A stretch of 37,685 nucleotides of DNA from a virus. Its lineage: Duplodnaviria; Caudoviricetes. The notes below the pieces were generated by a model, which saw only the letters and a program-made list of their open reading frames with translations, made no database searches and had not been told where the DNA came from. A program made the position numbers and the translations under genes. Location: IMG/VR virus record IMGVR_UViG_3300044806_000197, positions 1 to 37,685 of that record, one strand, 5' to 3'. This document shows, piece by piece, positions 1 through 10,136 of the stretch (positions are counted from its first letter, which is position 1; every line of letters starts with the position of its first letter).

Positions 1-195
1 ATCTGGCTGGCAACTGACGAGAACAACCTGCTGAGTCAAGGCCCTACTACTTGCCTTTTCTACGGAGCAAAGCCGAAACTGATTGATGGATACTGGAAAC
101 AAAAACGCTTAGGGCGCTGGCCAATACCCAACCCGATAAAACAAAAGCGGGGAGCGATTGTTGAGGTGGTTATTAAACCCCGCGCCCGGACCTGA
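1..195 (+). CDS. 3' part of a 66-aa hypothetical protein spanning the origin (starts at ATG 37672)
   Basis: MKIWLATDENNLL...IKPRART* is open across the join; ATG overlaps the NinG-like stop (ATGA). Confidence 0.7.
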   Translation: MWLATDENNLLSQGPTTCLFYGAKPKLIDGYWKQKRLGRWPIPNPIKQKRGAIVEVVIKPRART

Positions 196-315
196 AAGCA
201 TTACAGGTCAAACCCGATAACTCCAAGATAAAAGTTGACCTTGCTAACCAGTAGTGCAGATTGGTCGCGCTGCGGTGAGTTTGTCGCTCGCCACAGCGCT
301 AACAAAATCAATACT

Positions 316-876
316 ATGAATACTGAGATTGCTTCTGACAGAATAAGCCCCGTCATATCATTGGTCAATTTAGATTCTGACCAAACCTGTAAGTTTTACA
401 AAATGATAGATCGGCGACCACATCCAAAAGGATGTTGGGTTTGGTCAGGATACAAAAACAGACAAGGATATGGGTATCTAAGAGTAGGTGGAATAGTAGA
501 AAGAGCGCACCGCATTTCTTGGATTATCCACAATGGATTAATTACAGACGGCGGAGTTTTCGTATGTCATAAATGCGACAATCCTTCATGTGTAAATCCA
601 GACCATCTATGGTTAGGGACACCGGAAGATAATGTCATGGATATGATTTCAAAAGGAAGGAATCACAAATTCAAAAATGAACCCCACATGTGCTGTGAAG
701 GGCATCGTGATTCAAAATTAACAAATAATCAGGTTCTTGAAATACGGGCGCTTTACTCTCTCGGTGGAATTACCCAAAGAAACCTTGCGAGCATATTCGG
801 AGTAAGTGGACCTATGATCTGCAAGATTGTGAACCGAAGACGTTGGAAGTATTTAGAAGCCCCGCCCCTAGCCTGA
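316..876 (+). CDS. HNH homing endonuclease with C-terminal HTH-like DNA-binding domain
   Basis: CWVWSG..GYG..RAHRISW..VCHKCDNPSCVNPDHLWLGTPEDNVMDM, then SKLTNNQVLEIR..TQRNLASIFGVS; start moved to ATG 316. Confidence 0.9.
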   Translation: MNTEIASDRISPVISLVNLDSDQTCKFYKMIDRRPHPKGCWVWSGYKNRQGYGYLRVGGIVERAHRISWIIHNGLITDGGVFVCHKCDNPSCVNPDHLWLGTPEDNVMDMISKGRNHKFKNEPHMCCEGHRDSKLTNNQVLEIRALYSLGGITQRNLASIFGVSGPMICKIVNRRRWKYLEAPPLA

Positions 877-926
877 GAAATCAGGCCAAACACAACGCAT
901 AACCAGTGCGCCGGGGTGGGGAGAAA

Positions 927-1115
927 TTAAGGTTGGTCAGTCTTCTCTAATAGCTTAGATATTTTCTGAACCGGCCAGAACGAGTCGCAAGCCTGTTCAT
1001 CTTCCAATCGGTTGAAATCAGAATAGGGCTGACGTGGACTGACCGGAGCGGTCCAGCGCCAGCATTGTTTACGGGATGGACACTTTGAGTCTATGCACTT
1101 TGAGATGTCTGACAT
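927..1115 (-). CDS. Small Cys-rich phage hypothetical protein
   Basis: MSDISKC..CP..C.R...CDSFWP pattern; last gene of leftward arm. Confidence 0.7.
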   Translation of the reverse strand: MSDISKCIDSKCPSRKQCWRWTAPVSPRQPYSDFNRLEDEQACDSFWPVQKISKLLEKTDQP

Positions 1116-1161
1116 ATCGGTTAAATGAGATAAACGGACTTTATCTGGTAAACATCATAAA

Positions 1162-1269
1162 TTATTCAGGTTCGTCGATGTAACCACACTCAGGACAAGC
1201 CCACCACAGGCCAGACCAAATCATCCCGCACCCGCACCAGTCGCAGAGGATGAGGCCGGCTAGGTTCAT
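1162..1269 (-). CDS. 35-aa zinc-ribbon microprotein (not in ORF track)
   Basis: MNLAGLILCDWCGCGMIWSGLWWACPECGYIDEPE*; two CxxC; ATGA-coupled to the upstream gene. Confidence 0.55.
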   Translation of the reverse strand: MNLAGLILCDWCGCGMIWSGLWWACPECGYIDEPE

Positions 1270-1508
1270 TTGAGCTTGTAGTGAGGCACGGCACGGATAC
1301 CGCAGGCGCGTTCGAGCAGGAAATCTTTCCGCTCTGCGCCGACAAGTTTAAGGTAGTGCGTAACTTGGTGATCGCTTTTCTTGGTGGACGCCATCATTTG
1401 CTTGACGGTAAACCATCCAGGCGGGACTACTTCAACCGACTTGCGGCGATGCGACCAAACCTGCTCCGCTAGCTTGGCTGCGATGGCGTTCAGTTCCTTT
1501 GGCGTCAT
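1266..1508 (-). CDS. Hypothetical protein, possible winged-helix
   Basis: PPGWFTVKQM...HYKLK; coupled to neighbours. Confidence 0.65.
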   Translation of the reverse strand: MTPKELNAIAAKLAEQVWSHRRKSVEVVPPGWFTVKQMMASTKKSDHQVTHYLKLVGAERKDFLLERACGIRAVPHYKLK

Positions 1509-1693
1509 GGTCTTCCATTCCTCCTATTCCACCACGCCGCTGCTCGGGATTTGCGCTTGTATGTTGGAGATGAAATGTTGCATTTCTCACACGATATGGT
1601 TGCCTCACGTATCGGCCACACATAGGCTGCTACTGTCGGATGCCTGCCGCAGAATGGGCATTTCATAACCTTGATCATACCGGTAGCCTCCAT
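1505..1693 (-). CDS. Lar-family (restriction alleviation-like) zinc-binding protein
   Basis: KCPFCG...ISCEKC...AAAWWNRR signature. Confidence 0.75.
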   Translation of the reverse strand: MEATGMIKVMKCPFCGRHPTVAAYVWPIREATISCEKCNISSPTYKRKSRAAAWWNRRNGRP

Positions 1694-2403
1694 TCAATCA
1701 ATCCCTGCGACTGAACGTGAAGCCATACCACCGTGCGCGAATCAGTGTATTCACCCCAGGCGAACCCTTGAGACCAAGCATAGGTGGATTTGCGGGCCTT
1801 GGCATAGCCCGCCTTTGCGGGATCCATCAAACACCCAACCGCAACTCCGACCGGAGCATCGCTCCGCCGGCCTGTGGCCATCTGTGCCCGATGACTGTGA
1901 GCGTGGATGACGTTGCCGTGAAGCTCGGCATGGTCTCGGGCTGCGTTCTCGGTGTAGATCGTGCCGTGCATGAGCTTGTAGTTGCCTAGGGTGTAAGCCT
2001 GCCGGAATGAATAGTCCAACACCAAACATTTCATCTTTGAACAGGCCTGTTTGATTTCGTGAACAATCTTGGAAGCGCAACAGGAGATGATTGCGTTAGG
2101 GTGCTTACTAAGTGTCGTCAGACGGTCTTCATGGTTGCCAAACAGTAACAGATTCGGTCGTAGCTTTTGGATGAAGTCCAACCCGGAAGCAACGTCTGGG
2201 TCAATCGGCTCGGCTTCATCCTTTGTTCCTTTCGCACCAGATCGGAAAGCTGTGGTATCAAATGCATCCCCGAGGTGCGCGGTAAAGTCTGGTTTGAATA
2301 CTTCCTTGAACTTGAGAACGGCTTCCGCTGCCCTTGGGTCAATCATGCCGCCATGAGAACAGCCCACGGCGAGAAACTTACGCCACCGCTTCCCGATGTT
2401 CAT
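1675..2403 (-). CDS. Calcineurin-like metallophosphoesterase
   Basis: Motifs GCSHG (variant DxH), HLGDAFD, GNHE, MHG, AHSHR. Confidence 0.85.
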   Translation of the reverse strand: MNIGKRWRKFLAVGCSHGGMIDPRAAEAVLKFKEVFKPDFTAHLGDAFDTTAFRSGAKGTKDEAEPIDPDVASGLDFIQKLRPNLLLFGNHEDRLTTLSKHPNAIISCCASKIVHEIKQACSKMKCLVLDYSFRQAYTLGNYKLMHGTIYTENAARDHAELHGNVIHAHSHRAQMATGRRSDAPVGVAVGCLMDPAKAGYAKARKSTYAWSQGFAWGEYTDSRTVVWLHVQSQGLIEWRLPV

Positions 2404-2412
2404 AGGATTAGT

Positions 2413-2589
2413 TCAGACTTTCTTGGTGCGCCGATTAGCGCGTTTAGCTGGCTTGAATTTTACTTTCCACCCGCAGGCTTCAAATAGGCTGGTCATGGTA
2501 TCGCGGACGTTAATCGGGCCTCCAATCATAACTACCGTGTTGGTGCGCGGCGTGAACTTGTAATGGCCTACCTGTGGCTCTCCGCTCAT
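2413..2589 (-). CDS. 58-aa hypothetical protein (not in ORF track)
   Basis: MSGEPQVGHYKFTP...RRTKKV*; fills gap in operon. Confidence 0.45.
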   Translation of the reverse strand: MSGEPQVGHYKFTPRTNTVVMIGGPINVRDTMTSLFEACGWKVKFKPAKRANRRTKKV

Positions 2590-2707
2590 CAGTCCCCTCC
2601 TTCCAGCCTCAATCCAAGTTTCTGCATTGCTTTAGTCCATCGCAGAAAGAAAAGCAGGCTGCTAAACTCAGTGCGCTGACTCTCGTAAATTATGCTCTGC
2701 GCCCAGC

Positions 2708-2872
2708 TCACTTCAAATAAGACTCGTAAGGCTTCTCGGCCAGATCAAACACCTTGGCCCAATCTTCCTTGGTGATGACTTCCTTGCTGAACAGTTCGGT
2801 AATGGCCCTAGCCACGGGTGGACCGAACTTCACAAGGGCTTCCAGAATCAGGGCAGCTATGGTTGCGTTCAT
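2708..2872 (-). CDS. 54-aa amphipathic protein (not in ORF track)
   Basis: MNATIAALILEALVKFGPPVARAITELF...YESYLK*; ATGA-coupled to the lipoprotein gene. Confidence 0.65.
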   Translation of the reverse strand: MNATIAALILEALVKFGPPVARAITELFSKEVITKEDWAKVFDLAEKPYESYLK

Positions 2873-3231
2873 TTTAGTAGGTTGATAAGGGTGATCAGAT
2901 CGGCGCTGGCGGCTTCTACGGCTGCGAGGGCGGTGTTGAGGCTTGATTCACCTTCCGGCGTCGTGGTGGCAGTCGTGGTTGCGGCACGGGCTATTCTCAT
3001 TGTCCTCTGGTAATGTTCGTATGCGGCCCGGACCTTGACTTGCTCATCCGGCGTGATCAAACCCGCCCGGTATGCGTCCCCATAGACAAGCATGGTCGCG
3101 TCCACGGCATGGGCCAGCGTTCCGATGGTGCGATACGCGCCCTGCTCCGGGGTCTTGCACGATGTTGCGAACAGCGCGAGCAGGCAGCTTAGAACTACCG
3201 CTTGGACGATGGATGATGTTTTAAGTCTCAT
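2869..3231 (-). CDS. Lipoprotein, possible spanin-like lysis accessory
   Basis: Signal peptide with lipobox (LLALFATS-C) and helical mature part; spanin role is inference. Confidence 0.65.
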   Translation of the reverse strand: MRLKTSSIVQAVVLSCLLALFATSCKTPEQGAYRTIGTLAHAVDATMLVYGDAYRAGLITPDEQVKVRAAYEHYQRTMRIARAATTTATTTPEGESSLNTALAAVEAASADLITLINLLK

Positions 3232-3251
3232 AATGATTCATGGATGGGTTT

Positions 3252-3443
3252 TTATGATGTGGGAGGTGTGGGTTTAGGAGCGTTAGTTCCTAGCCAGATA
3301 GCTCTCAAGATGCCCTTTAGACCTCCGCCCTGCATAATTGCATAGATTGATCGTGTGACATACGGTGAGAGCATAACGGTCAACATGAGGTAGGGTCGGT
3401 ATTTCTCAGGAACGAATCCTAGAAGTTTATCAATTTCATTCAT
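3252..3443 (-). CDS. Small membrane-associated protein (holin candidate)
   Basis: MNEIDKLL..YLMLTVMLSPY..GGGLKGILRAIWLG; start moved to ATG 3443. Confidence 0.5.
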   Translation of the reverse strand: MNEIDKLLGFVPEKYRPYLMLTVMLSPYVTRSIYAIMQGGGLKGILRAIWLGTNAPKPTPPTS

Positions 3444-3518
3444 AACTTTCCTTTCAATCTGCGCTTCTCTCTCCGTCTCCAGATCGACAACAGCCACTTT
3501 ACCTTGGCCTCCAAACGT

Positions 3519-3764
3519 CTAATCTTCCGCTTCACAAATACCGTTTTTGTTTTTGGGGCAGTTCTGCAAGGCGCGCTCGATGTTTTGAAGCCTATCGTCC
3601 ATGCGCTGGAACTTAGCAGACATCCACCATACAAGTCCAGATATAAATACCACGACCCCAACCGCAGCTTCGACGCTGATCGTGCTTCCGTCTAATGAAG
3701 CCGCGGCGAACATTGATACCGTTGTCACCGCCCCGACCGTTATCCCAGCGAGTCCGTCAATCAT
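3519..3764 (-). CDS. Membrane protein (holin candidate)
   Basis: Hydrophobic segments (AAVGVVVFISGLVWWM) followed by a charged coiled tail. Confidence 0.55.
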   Translation of the reverse strand: MIDGLAGITVGAVTTVSMFAAASLDGSTISVEAAVGVVVFISGLVWWMSAKFQRMDDRLQNIERALQNCPKNKNGICEAED

Positions 3765-3944
3765 TTTCACGCCTTCAAGTTGGTTGTTTCCCGTTCTGAA
3801 AGTTTCCCACACTCAATCCACGCTTGTTTCACCACCCCCCCCATTCCATCACATACTCGCCCGCGCTTCGGATCAGCAACAACGGCGTCTGAGCCGCTAT
3901 GACCACAAGCAGAAACACGAACTGGCGAAGGGTGCAAACGGTTT

Positions 3945-5390
3945 TCACAATCCAAACCTCACCGTCGTCGCATTCACGCGGGTTGCGTTGATGGTTGCGC
4001 CGGGATTGCCGCCACCACCACCGCCTCCGTATTCATACGCCCCAATGTCCCAAGTGCTGCCCCGACTCACGCCTAAAATGTCCGTGGTGAAAACCGAACT
4101 GGGATAATCGGTGCCTGTCCCAAGTGTTCCACCACCGGGCGTCGGAGCGTAAACATTCCCAATGGTGTAACCCTGACTGGTTGCTGTTGCCGGAGATTGA
4201 ATTAGCGAGAAGCCCTCCGTGATTGTAACGGTGTTGTTTGTTGTTGCGTCACTAAGTCCAGCTCCGTTTCCGATGACGTGATTGTTGAACGCGACAAGCT
4301 CTGTCAGTCTATTGCCTGCGCCTCGGTTCACAATATGTATGCCACCCCAGTTATCACCATAATTGACAATGGTATTGTTAAAGCAAAACACCGTTCCTCC
4401 AGTGGCGTCATTCGTGCCGCCGTAGGGGTCAATCTCAATCGCCCGCTGGTCAGACATGACCCCATAAAACACATTGTTGTAAACGTAAACCGTGCGGAAG
4501 CAAGGATTGGGGTAGGCCATGTTCGCCCCGCCGTAAATGTCGCGGAATGTCGAATTGCGAATGTAGCCCACCAAATTCGTGAACAGCGATGGCTGTAAAT
4601 AGACACCATTCAAATGGTAGGTGAGGTCAAAGCTAGTAAAGGGATAGGAGATGTTCCACATGGCGTTGGAGTTGTAATCCAAGCAGAACAACACGGCACT
4701 CGAATTGTCATGGATGCGACTGTTTTGCACGGTGCCGACGCGCCGAATCGCCACCCCGTTCCAGCGGTTCGTATTGGCGGAATTTTCAATCTCGCAATCC
4801 GTCACCAGTGAAGTCGCTTCTTCATCGTTGCCATAGCTGAAAAAGATTCCCCCGTGGGCATCATCCGTGGCAATCGCTTCATCCAGTCTCCAACTGTGAA
4901 TATAACAGTTGGAAATGGTCAAATAGCTGGCGGTGCCGCCCGCGATGAGGCCCGCCCCGAAATTTGCAGAACTTGTGTGGCGCTTAATTTCCAGCCCGTC
5001 CAGGATGAGGTTGCCGCTCACCGACGCCAAATTAATCAAGGCCGCATTGGTGATATATTCACCATCGAACACCGGGCGAGTCCACGCGCCGCCGCTATAC
5101 CAATTATTTGTCATGCCGTAATAGTCGCGGTTGCCAGAAGTGCCGGTGGCGGCCAGGGTGAGCGGAAACGCAGCCTTCGGCCAAGTCACTCCGCCTTTGA
5201 AAATGAAACGATCGCCCGCCGCGTGCGAATAACTCCCCGTCCAGCCGTTCATGTATGGATGCCGCTGCCACGCCGCACCCGTGCTGGTGCCCGCATTGGC
5301 GTCCGCCCCGCCGCTGTAATCAATGTAATACGTCGCGGCATAAGCGCCAGTTACCAGCAGGTAGAGCAGAATAGAAGCGTTTCGTATCAT
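3945..5390 (-). CDS. Signal-peptide protein with right-handed beta-helix (pectin-lyase-like) and C-terminal DIGAYEY motif
   Basis: MIRNASILLYLLVTGAYA-ATYYID..G.DANAGTS..AAW; repeats such as NSRIHDN, YNNVFY, FNNTIVN; TDILGVSRGSTWDIGAYEY resembles choice-of-anchor Q. Confidence 0.8.
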   Translation of the reverse strand: MIRNASILLYLLVTGAYAATYYIDYSGGADANAGTSTGAAWQRHPYMNGWTGSYSHAAGDRFIFKGGVTWPKAAFPLTLAATGTSGNRDYYGMTNNWYSGGAWTRPVFDGEYITNAALINLASVSGNLILDGLEIKRHTSSANFGAGLIAGGTASYLTISNCYIHSWRLDEAIATDDAHGGIFFSYGNDEEATSLVTDCEIENSANTNRWNGVAIRRVGTVQNSRIHDNSSAVLFCLDYNSNAMWNISYPFTSFDLTYHLNGVYLQPSLFTNLVGYIRNSTFRDIYGGANMAYPNPCFRTVYVYNNVFYGVMSDQRAIEIDPYGGTNDATGGTVFCFNNTIVNYGDNWGGIHIVNRGAGNRLTELVAFNNHVIGNGAGLSDATTNNTVTITEGFSLIQSPATATSQGYTIGNVYAPTPGGGTLGTGTDYPSSVFTTDILGVSRGSTWDIGAYEYGGGGGGGNPGATINATRVNATTVRFGL

Positions 5391-6148
5391 TGTGGGTCAG
5401 CGTAAATTGCCGCAACCGAACCAGAATAATCTCCGGCATACACTCGGAAATCGTCCAACCTGCCGTTGTAGAATAAATCGTTCGATGCTCGTGCGCCGAC
5501 ATATAAAACATATGTTGCGAATGTTCTTGCCACACCCTTGGTATCAGTTCCTAGCGTTAGCGTCTGCTCGCTGCCATCTAGCCACGCCCTCACGTCACCA
5601 TTTGCGGATGAGTTGTCCAGCAAGACTAGGTAGTGATGCCATGCTCCTGTTGCTGGAATCGTCATGGCTTCAATCCTGTTGCCGGATGCGTTGTCCATGA
5701 GCCGAAGGTTAAGCACTCCCGCATCAATAAAGGCAGCGAAGCCATCTGGATTTGAGTTTACACTTTCGCTCGACTCAAAAATTATCTGCGTCCCAGCCGT
5801 GCTGTCCAGATAAAGCCAAAAGCTGACGGTCAGCTTGTTCGTCCCAAATGCAACCGTGTTGGTCGTCGCGGAGTCGTGGCTTGTGCCGTTAAAATCCAGT
5901 GCCCCGCCGCTGCCGCTCTTTCCTGTCACCCAACTTGCATCCGTAGTGCCGCCGTGCGTGGTGTCCGTGGCCGATGATGCCAGCGCCGTGCCGCTGCCCT
6001 CGTTTAATTTCCACCAGAGCAAATCGGGAGTCGGACTCGACGCCACCGCCTCCACCCTCCGACTCGCACCAATCAACGCCGGGCGCACCCCTTGGCCGAA
6101 ACAGTCAAGCGTCAGTAACAGTCCTAGAATCAGTGGGAAGGTTTTCAT
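5387..6148 (-). CDS. Signal-peptide protein with LamG / concanavalin A-like domain
   Basis: MKTFPLILGLLLTLDCFG-Q; WWKLNEGSG, GALDFNG, TVSFW, WHHY, WLDG, FYNGRLDDFRVY. Confidence 0.85.
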   Translation of the reverse strand: MKTFPLILGLLLTLDCFGQGVRPALIGASRRVEAVASSPTPDLLWWKLNEGSGTALASSATDTTHGGTTDASWVTGKSGSGGALDFNGTSHDSATTNTVAFGTNKLTVSFWLYLDSTAGTQIIFESSESVNSNPDGFAAFIDAGVLNLRLMDNASGNRIEAMTIPATGAWHHYLVLLDNSSANGDVRAWLDGSEQTLTLGTDTKGVARTFATYVLYVGARASNDLFYNGRLDDFRVYAGDYSGSVAAIYADPQ

Positions 6149-9100
6149 TTGCTCCAAGAAAAGATCATGTTGGTGTAAGTTCCACCGCCCGGTTTCCATA
6201 TCAGGCTGATGGTCGTCAGTGTGCCGTTGGTGAACGTGCGAGAGTCAAGGTGGTCGCTGGTATAAATGTTTGGGTGATTGGTGAATGTCACATCACCCGT
6301 CGCAAGCACCGTTAGTTCTGCGTATTGCTTGGCTGTATTGGGTGGGTCGCCATCAACAACGATGCCGGGTATTCCGCCAGTGACCGTGCCGAGCGAAATG
6401 TCGTAATTGTTGTTCATCGTAATATCGGTGTTGATGGTGTAAGCGTTTGTCCCTACTGCTAGGCCATATACAGTTAAGCTATCCATCTGCACGTCGCCAA
6501 TAACGAGCGTTCCGCTCCTGTTGTTTGTCACAATGTCGCTACCTGTGGCCGTCACAATTTCCGCAATCGTATCCCACTCCGTGTCGCGTGTGATGGTGGA
6601 TGCAATGCGGGCGTCGGCTACTGTGCCCACCGTGATCGCACTGCCGTTCAAGTTGTTCGTCGCGTGGGCGAGTTGAGCAGTAGTGACATCTCCTGCACTT
6701 GCTGTTACCCACTTTAAGCGATTCCCAGTGCGACTCATCACCATCCCATCCGATGCCGTAGCGTTGTTGGTGGCTAAAGTGGGATTACCCGTGTGCAATT
6801 CTATCGCAGGCCCACCAAACCCGACTGCGGATATTACTGGAATGGAGAATGTAATTGCTTCGTCAGTGCTCTGCCAATCGTCACCATCGTAACGGGCTAT
6901 TTCAGTGCCCGTGCTTTCATTGTAAAGAAACCCGGAAGGACCAACGTAAATGTCTTTATTGGTCAGATTGTTTGGAATCCGAGCTTCCTCAAGTGTTCCC
7001 GACGAGAAGAACGCCGTTGCGCTGTCGCCGGTTTGGGCCTGACCTGCGTTGGCTGCGTAGGTGATCGTGATGTCATCCGGGATGCGAGCATCTGCGATGT
7101 TTCCGACAAGGTTGGTCGCGTTCAGATTCGTGGCCAAACCAGCATCCCAATTTGTCACGGCGACAAAGTTCGTCACATACATCGTTGTGACATTCACGGT
7201 TGCCGCACTCAGCGTTCCTGTCGTGCTGATGTAACTCGCATTGGTGATGCCAAAATTGTTCATGTTCAAGTCGTTGGTTGCGGGGTTTTGCATACCCGTT
7301 CCGCCGCCACCCAACTGAGTGAAGTAGTTCGTCACGTCATCCCATGAATTGATTACGTTCGCACCCAAAGCAAAGTTGCTGGCCTTGACTGTGCCCGTGC
7401 CGTTCGTCATTCCAGACAGCAACGTGAACAACGCCGCTTGATTGGTCTGTTGAGCCGTGATCGCCAAGATGCCGGTTGCATTGGTCAAAGGCGCATTCAC
7501 AATCAGCATTTGAGCTTGGTTCGTTTGCTGCGCGGTGATCGCTCGGATGTTCGTCGCATTGGTGAGGTCAGTTACGTTCGTCACTTGAGAATAGGGTATG
7601 GCCGTCTGGCCAATGACAATCTTCACCAGTCCAGCGTTGTTCGAGCTACCCGCCAGCGAAATGTATGCGCCTGAGTTGACCTGCAAGTTTGTTGAAGCCG
7701 TGGAAAGGTTGACGTTGTTCGTCCCGATGGTCGTAACGGCATTGGTCGCACTCCCGCCCGCGCCAAGCGCCAGATCGTCCACCTTCTGAGCAACCTCTTG
7801 GATGGTATCGTCCCCGGTCGTGAGGTTTCCGTTAAACCCGGAGGCGTCCAAAGTGAGTGACCCGCCCGGTCCAGTGAATCCGGTGGCGGTGACTGTGCCT
7901 ACCACATCAACCGCAGTCAATGGATCAAGTGTTCCCACTCCCAATCGGCCTTGGGTAAGAATTGTTCCGTTAGTTGTTACTCTGAAATTATCATTCGTTC
8001 CAACGGTCAAAAGCGTCCCGACGTATGGAGTCAGATCACCTATCGACAGCGTACCGTTCCGCATCAAGACGTTCTGGGTTTCATGGTATCCCTCAAAAAC
8101 CGGAAGATAATTTGTGCCATTCCCGTTGAACAAACCCCAATATGGTGCAGACTCGTCCCAAATATCGAGTTTTACTCCATAGCCAGTATTAGCCCGCACA
8201 CCAACACCGCCCGAGAAGTGAGTCGGCGCATCGTTTGACCACGCTGTTTTAATCAAATCCACTTCGCTCGATGACACTGTGCTTACTAAAGCGGGGAGAT
8301 TTACTGAACCAAAACCCATGGCCGGGATGGATGAGTTGTTGAGAACAAGGCGAGTTGGGTTGTTTGAAATCAGCAGCGACCATCCTTGCATGTTTGTTCC
8401 AAAAGTATCATCAACCCGCGAATTGAGCAGTGAAAGATTGTCGCCACCAATAACAGTGATTGCATTCAATGAGTTGCTTTTGGGCAAGACATAGATTTGA
8501 GCCGTTGAGTGGAATGTGTTGGTAAATACGATTCCATCCAAAGTGTTTTGCTCGCACCCTCCAACAAAATCAGAATCGTAAAGATCAAGATAATATCCGT
8601 TGGCATTGGCATCCGACGCCATTCCTGAAAGACTGGAATAAATCCAAGACCCGCGCATCCCGTATCCACCGCTGCCACGAAAATAACAGGAGCGCAACGT
8701 CGCTGCATTGTTGGGCCAGATTGCCCACAGCCCATCGGAAACACTGTTGATGATGTAGCAGTCCTCAAGAACGGCATTGATAGTGAAAGCCATAACGATC
8801 CCGCGATACGCATTGAACGTGGTTAAGCCTTTCAACACTGGGGTAATGGCGTTCGTTCCAACCAAATCGAATGCTGCGGTATTTGATCCGCCAAAAGTGC
8901 TATAAGTAACGATTAGGTTTTCAAAGCCGAAGAAGTTGTCGATTCCAGTCAGAACTTCGACAATTCGGAATGTGCTGTTTGTTCCGGTATTCCAGATCAT
9001 CACCGAGCCATGAGAGTCGCCCCGGACTTGTGTGCCGTTCTTCACCAGCAGTGTATCACTGACAGCGTATTTTCCGGGCGGGAAATACACCAGAGAGCCT

Positions 9101-9717
9101 ACCGGCAATGATTCATAACCATCACCGACCGGAACGCTATCTAATGCATTCTGAATCGCAACCGTATCATCCAACCCATCATCGGGAATCGCCCCCCAAA
9201 ACCGCACATTGCTCTTGTCCCAAACATTGCTCGCACTCACCAGCGAACCATTCGTCAGGCCGAACGAGTTCAGGTTGCCGTCCGCCGTGAGGGGGAAGCC
9301 GCTGCCGGAGCCGCCATTTGTAATACCAGCCAGCAAAGCATCAACTTGGGTTGAAGTATAAAAGCTAGTGTTGTAGTTCGTGGAATTGATCAAGCCAGCC
9401 ACATCTAAAACCGCGTTGGTGTCAAATACTCCAAATGGAAAACTCCGTCCAGGACTTCCAGCTACGTCCAACCGATAAGACCCGGCCAAGACATTCGAGA
9501 AGTAAGCAATCCCGGAAGTGTCTGTGATCTTCGCAACCGAATCTCCAGCAATCAGCCACGGCGAAGCCACAACCGGGCCGGCAGTCGTCAAGGTAAGCCG
9601 CACCTGGCGCTTTTGGCTTGGCTCGCTGGTGAAGTTACGAGAATTGACTCGTAACGTCGTGGCGGTGGCATTCATCGACAGCAATAGGCAACCTAGCAGG
9701 GTAAGGATAGTTTTCAT
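6145..9717 (-). CDS. 1190-aa tail fibre / tailspike-like protein with signal peptide and pectate-lyase-3-type beta-helix
   Basis: MKTILTLLGCLLLSMNATA; NVRFWGAIPDDGLDDTVAIQNALD..VYFPPGKY; fibre-type repeats (IADARIP, LEEARIP, VADARIA; RLGVGT.DP). Confidence 0.8.
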   Translation of the reverse strand: MKTILTLLGCLLLSMNATATTLRVNSRNFTSEPSQKRQVRLTLTTAGPVVASPWLIAGDSVAKITDTSGIAYFSNVLAGSYRLDVAGSPGRSFPFGVFDTNAVLDVAGLINSTNYNTSFYTSTQVDALLAGITNGGSGSGFPLTADGNLNSFGLTNGSLVSASNVWDKSNVRFWGAIPDDGLDDTVAIQNALDSVPVGDGYESLPVGSLVYFPPGKYAVSDTLLVKNGTQVRGDSHGSVMIWNTGTNSTFRIVEVLTGIDNFFGFENLIVTYSTFGGSNTAAFDLVGTNAITPVLKGLTTFNAYRGIVMAFTINAVLEDCYIINSVSDGLWAIWPNNAATLRSCYFRGSGGYGMRGSWIYSSLSGMASDANANGYYLDLYDSDFVGGCEQNTLDGIVFTNTFHSTAQIYVLPKSNSLNAITVIGGDNLSLLNSRVDDTFGTNMQGWSLLISNNPTRLVLNNSSIPAMGFGSVNLPALVSTVSSSEVDLIKTAWSNDAPTHFSGGVGVRANTGYGVKLDIWDESAPYWGLFNGNGTNYLPVFEGYHETQNVLMRNGTLSIGDLTPYVGTLLTVGTNDNFRVTTNGTILTQGRLGVGTLDPLTAVDVVGTVTATGFTGPGGSLTLDASGFNGNLTTGDDTIQEVAQKVDDLALGAGGSATNAVTTIGTNNVNLSTASTNLQVNSGAYISLAGSSNNAGLVKIVIGQTAIPYSQVTNVTDLTNATNIRAITAQQTNQAQMLIVNAPLTNATGILAITAQQTNQAALFTLLSGMTNGTGTVKASNFALGANVINSWDDVTNYFTQLGGGGTGMQNPATNDLNMNNFGITNASYISTTGTLSAATVNVTTMYVTNFVAVTNWDAGLATNLNATNLVGNIADARIPDDITITYAANAGQAQTGDSATAFFSSGTLEEARIPNNLTNKDIYVGPSGFLYNESTGTEIARYDGDDWQSTDEAITFSIPVISAVGFGGPAIELHTGNPTLATNNATASDGMVMSRTGNRLKWVTASAGDVTTAQLAHATNNLNGSAITVGTVADARIASTITRDTEWDTIAEIVTATGSDIVTNNRSGTLVIGDVQMDSLTVYGLAVGTNAYTINTDITMNNNYDISLGTVTGGIPGIVVDGDPPNTAKQYAELTVLATGDVTFTNHPNIYTSDHLDSRTFTNGTLTTISLIWKPGGGTYTNMIFSWSK

Positions 9718-10130
9718 GTAGTTGGGGCGGATGTGGTCAGTTCGTCGGTTGCAAATGTGAAAGCATGTTGAACAGTTACGCCGCGCACGACTGGCGCATA
9801 GGATACTATCACGGCATTGGGATAGTAATGCACGGTTGCATTTTGTTCAACCTTTAGATGCTTCTTGACCGTGAAATTGTTCCGCAACGTATAGATCGAA
9901 GACAGGGCTAGGGCGGTGGTTGAATAGGGGATTGATACAACGATCTGTAGCTGCACCCCAATGTTCCCCCGGATTGCCTTGAAGGTATTAGCCCCGCCCG
10001 CCAGAGGCTCGATTTGATTCAGTGGTTGAAACGCTGGCGCGAACAGTTCAAACAGTCCGGTGCGGTCTGATTCGTCGCCCAAAACGGTATAGCTAGGGCT
10101 GGCTGCGGGAGTGGCATAGCTGACTTTCAT
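9714..10130 (-). CDS. Putative minor tail protein
   Basis: 138 aa, beta-rich, between tail tube and fibre; function from position only. Confidence 0.5.
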   Translation of the reverse strand: MKVSYATPAASPSYTVLGDESDRTGLFELFAPAFQPLNQIEPLAGGANTFKAIRGNIGVQLQIVVSIPYSTTALALSSIYTLRNNFTVKKHLKVEQNATVHYYPNAVIVSYAPVVRGVTVQHAFTFATDELTTSAPTT

Positions 10131-10136
10131 TTATGA

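Noticed and set aside
3835-3842. C8/G8 homopolymer as a phase-variation switch
   Set aside because: Short, and lies at the end of a doubtful micro-ORF; no evidence of a frameshifted gene
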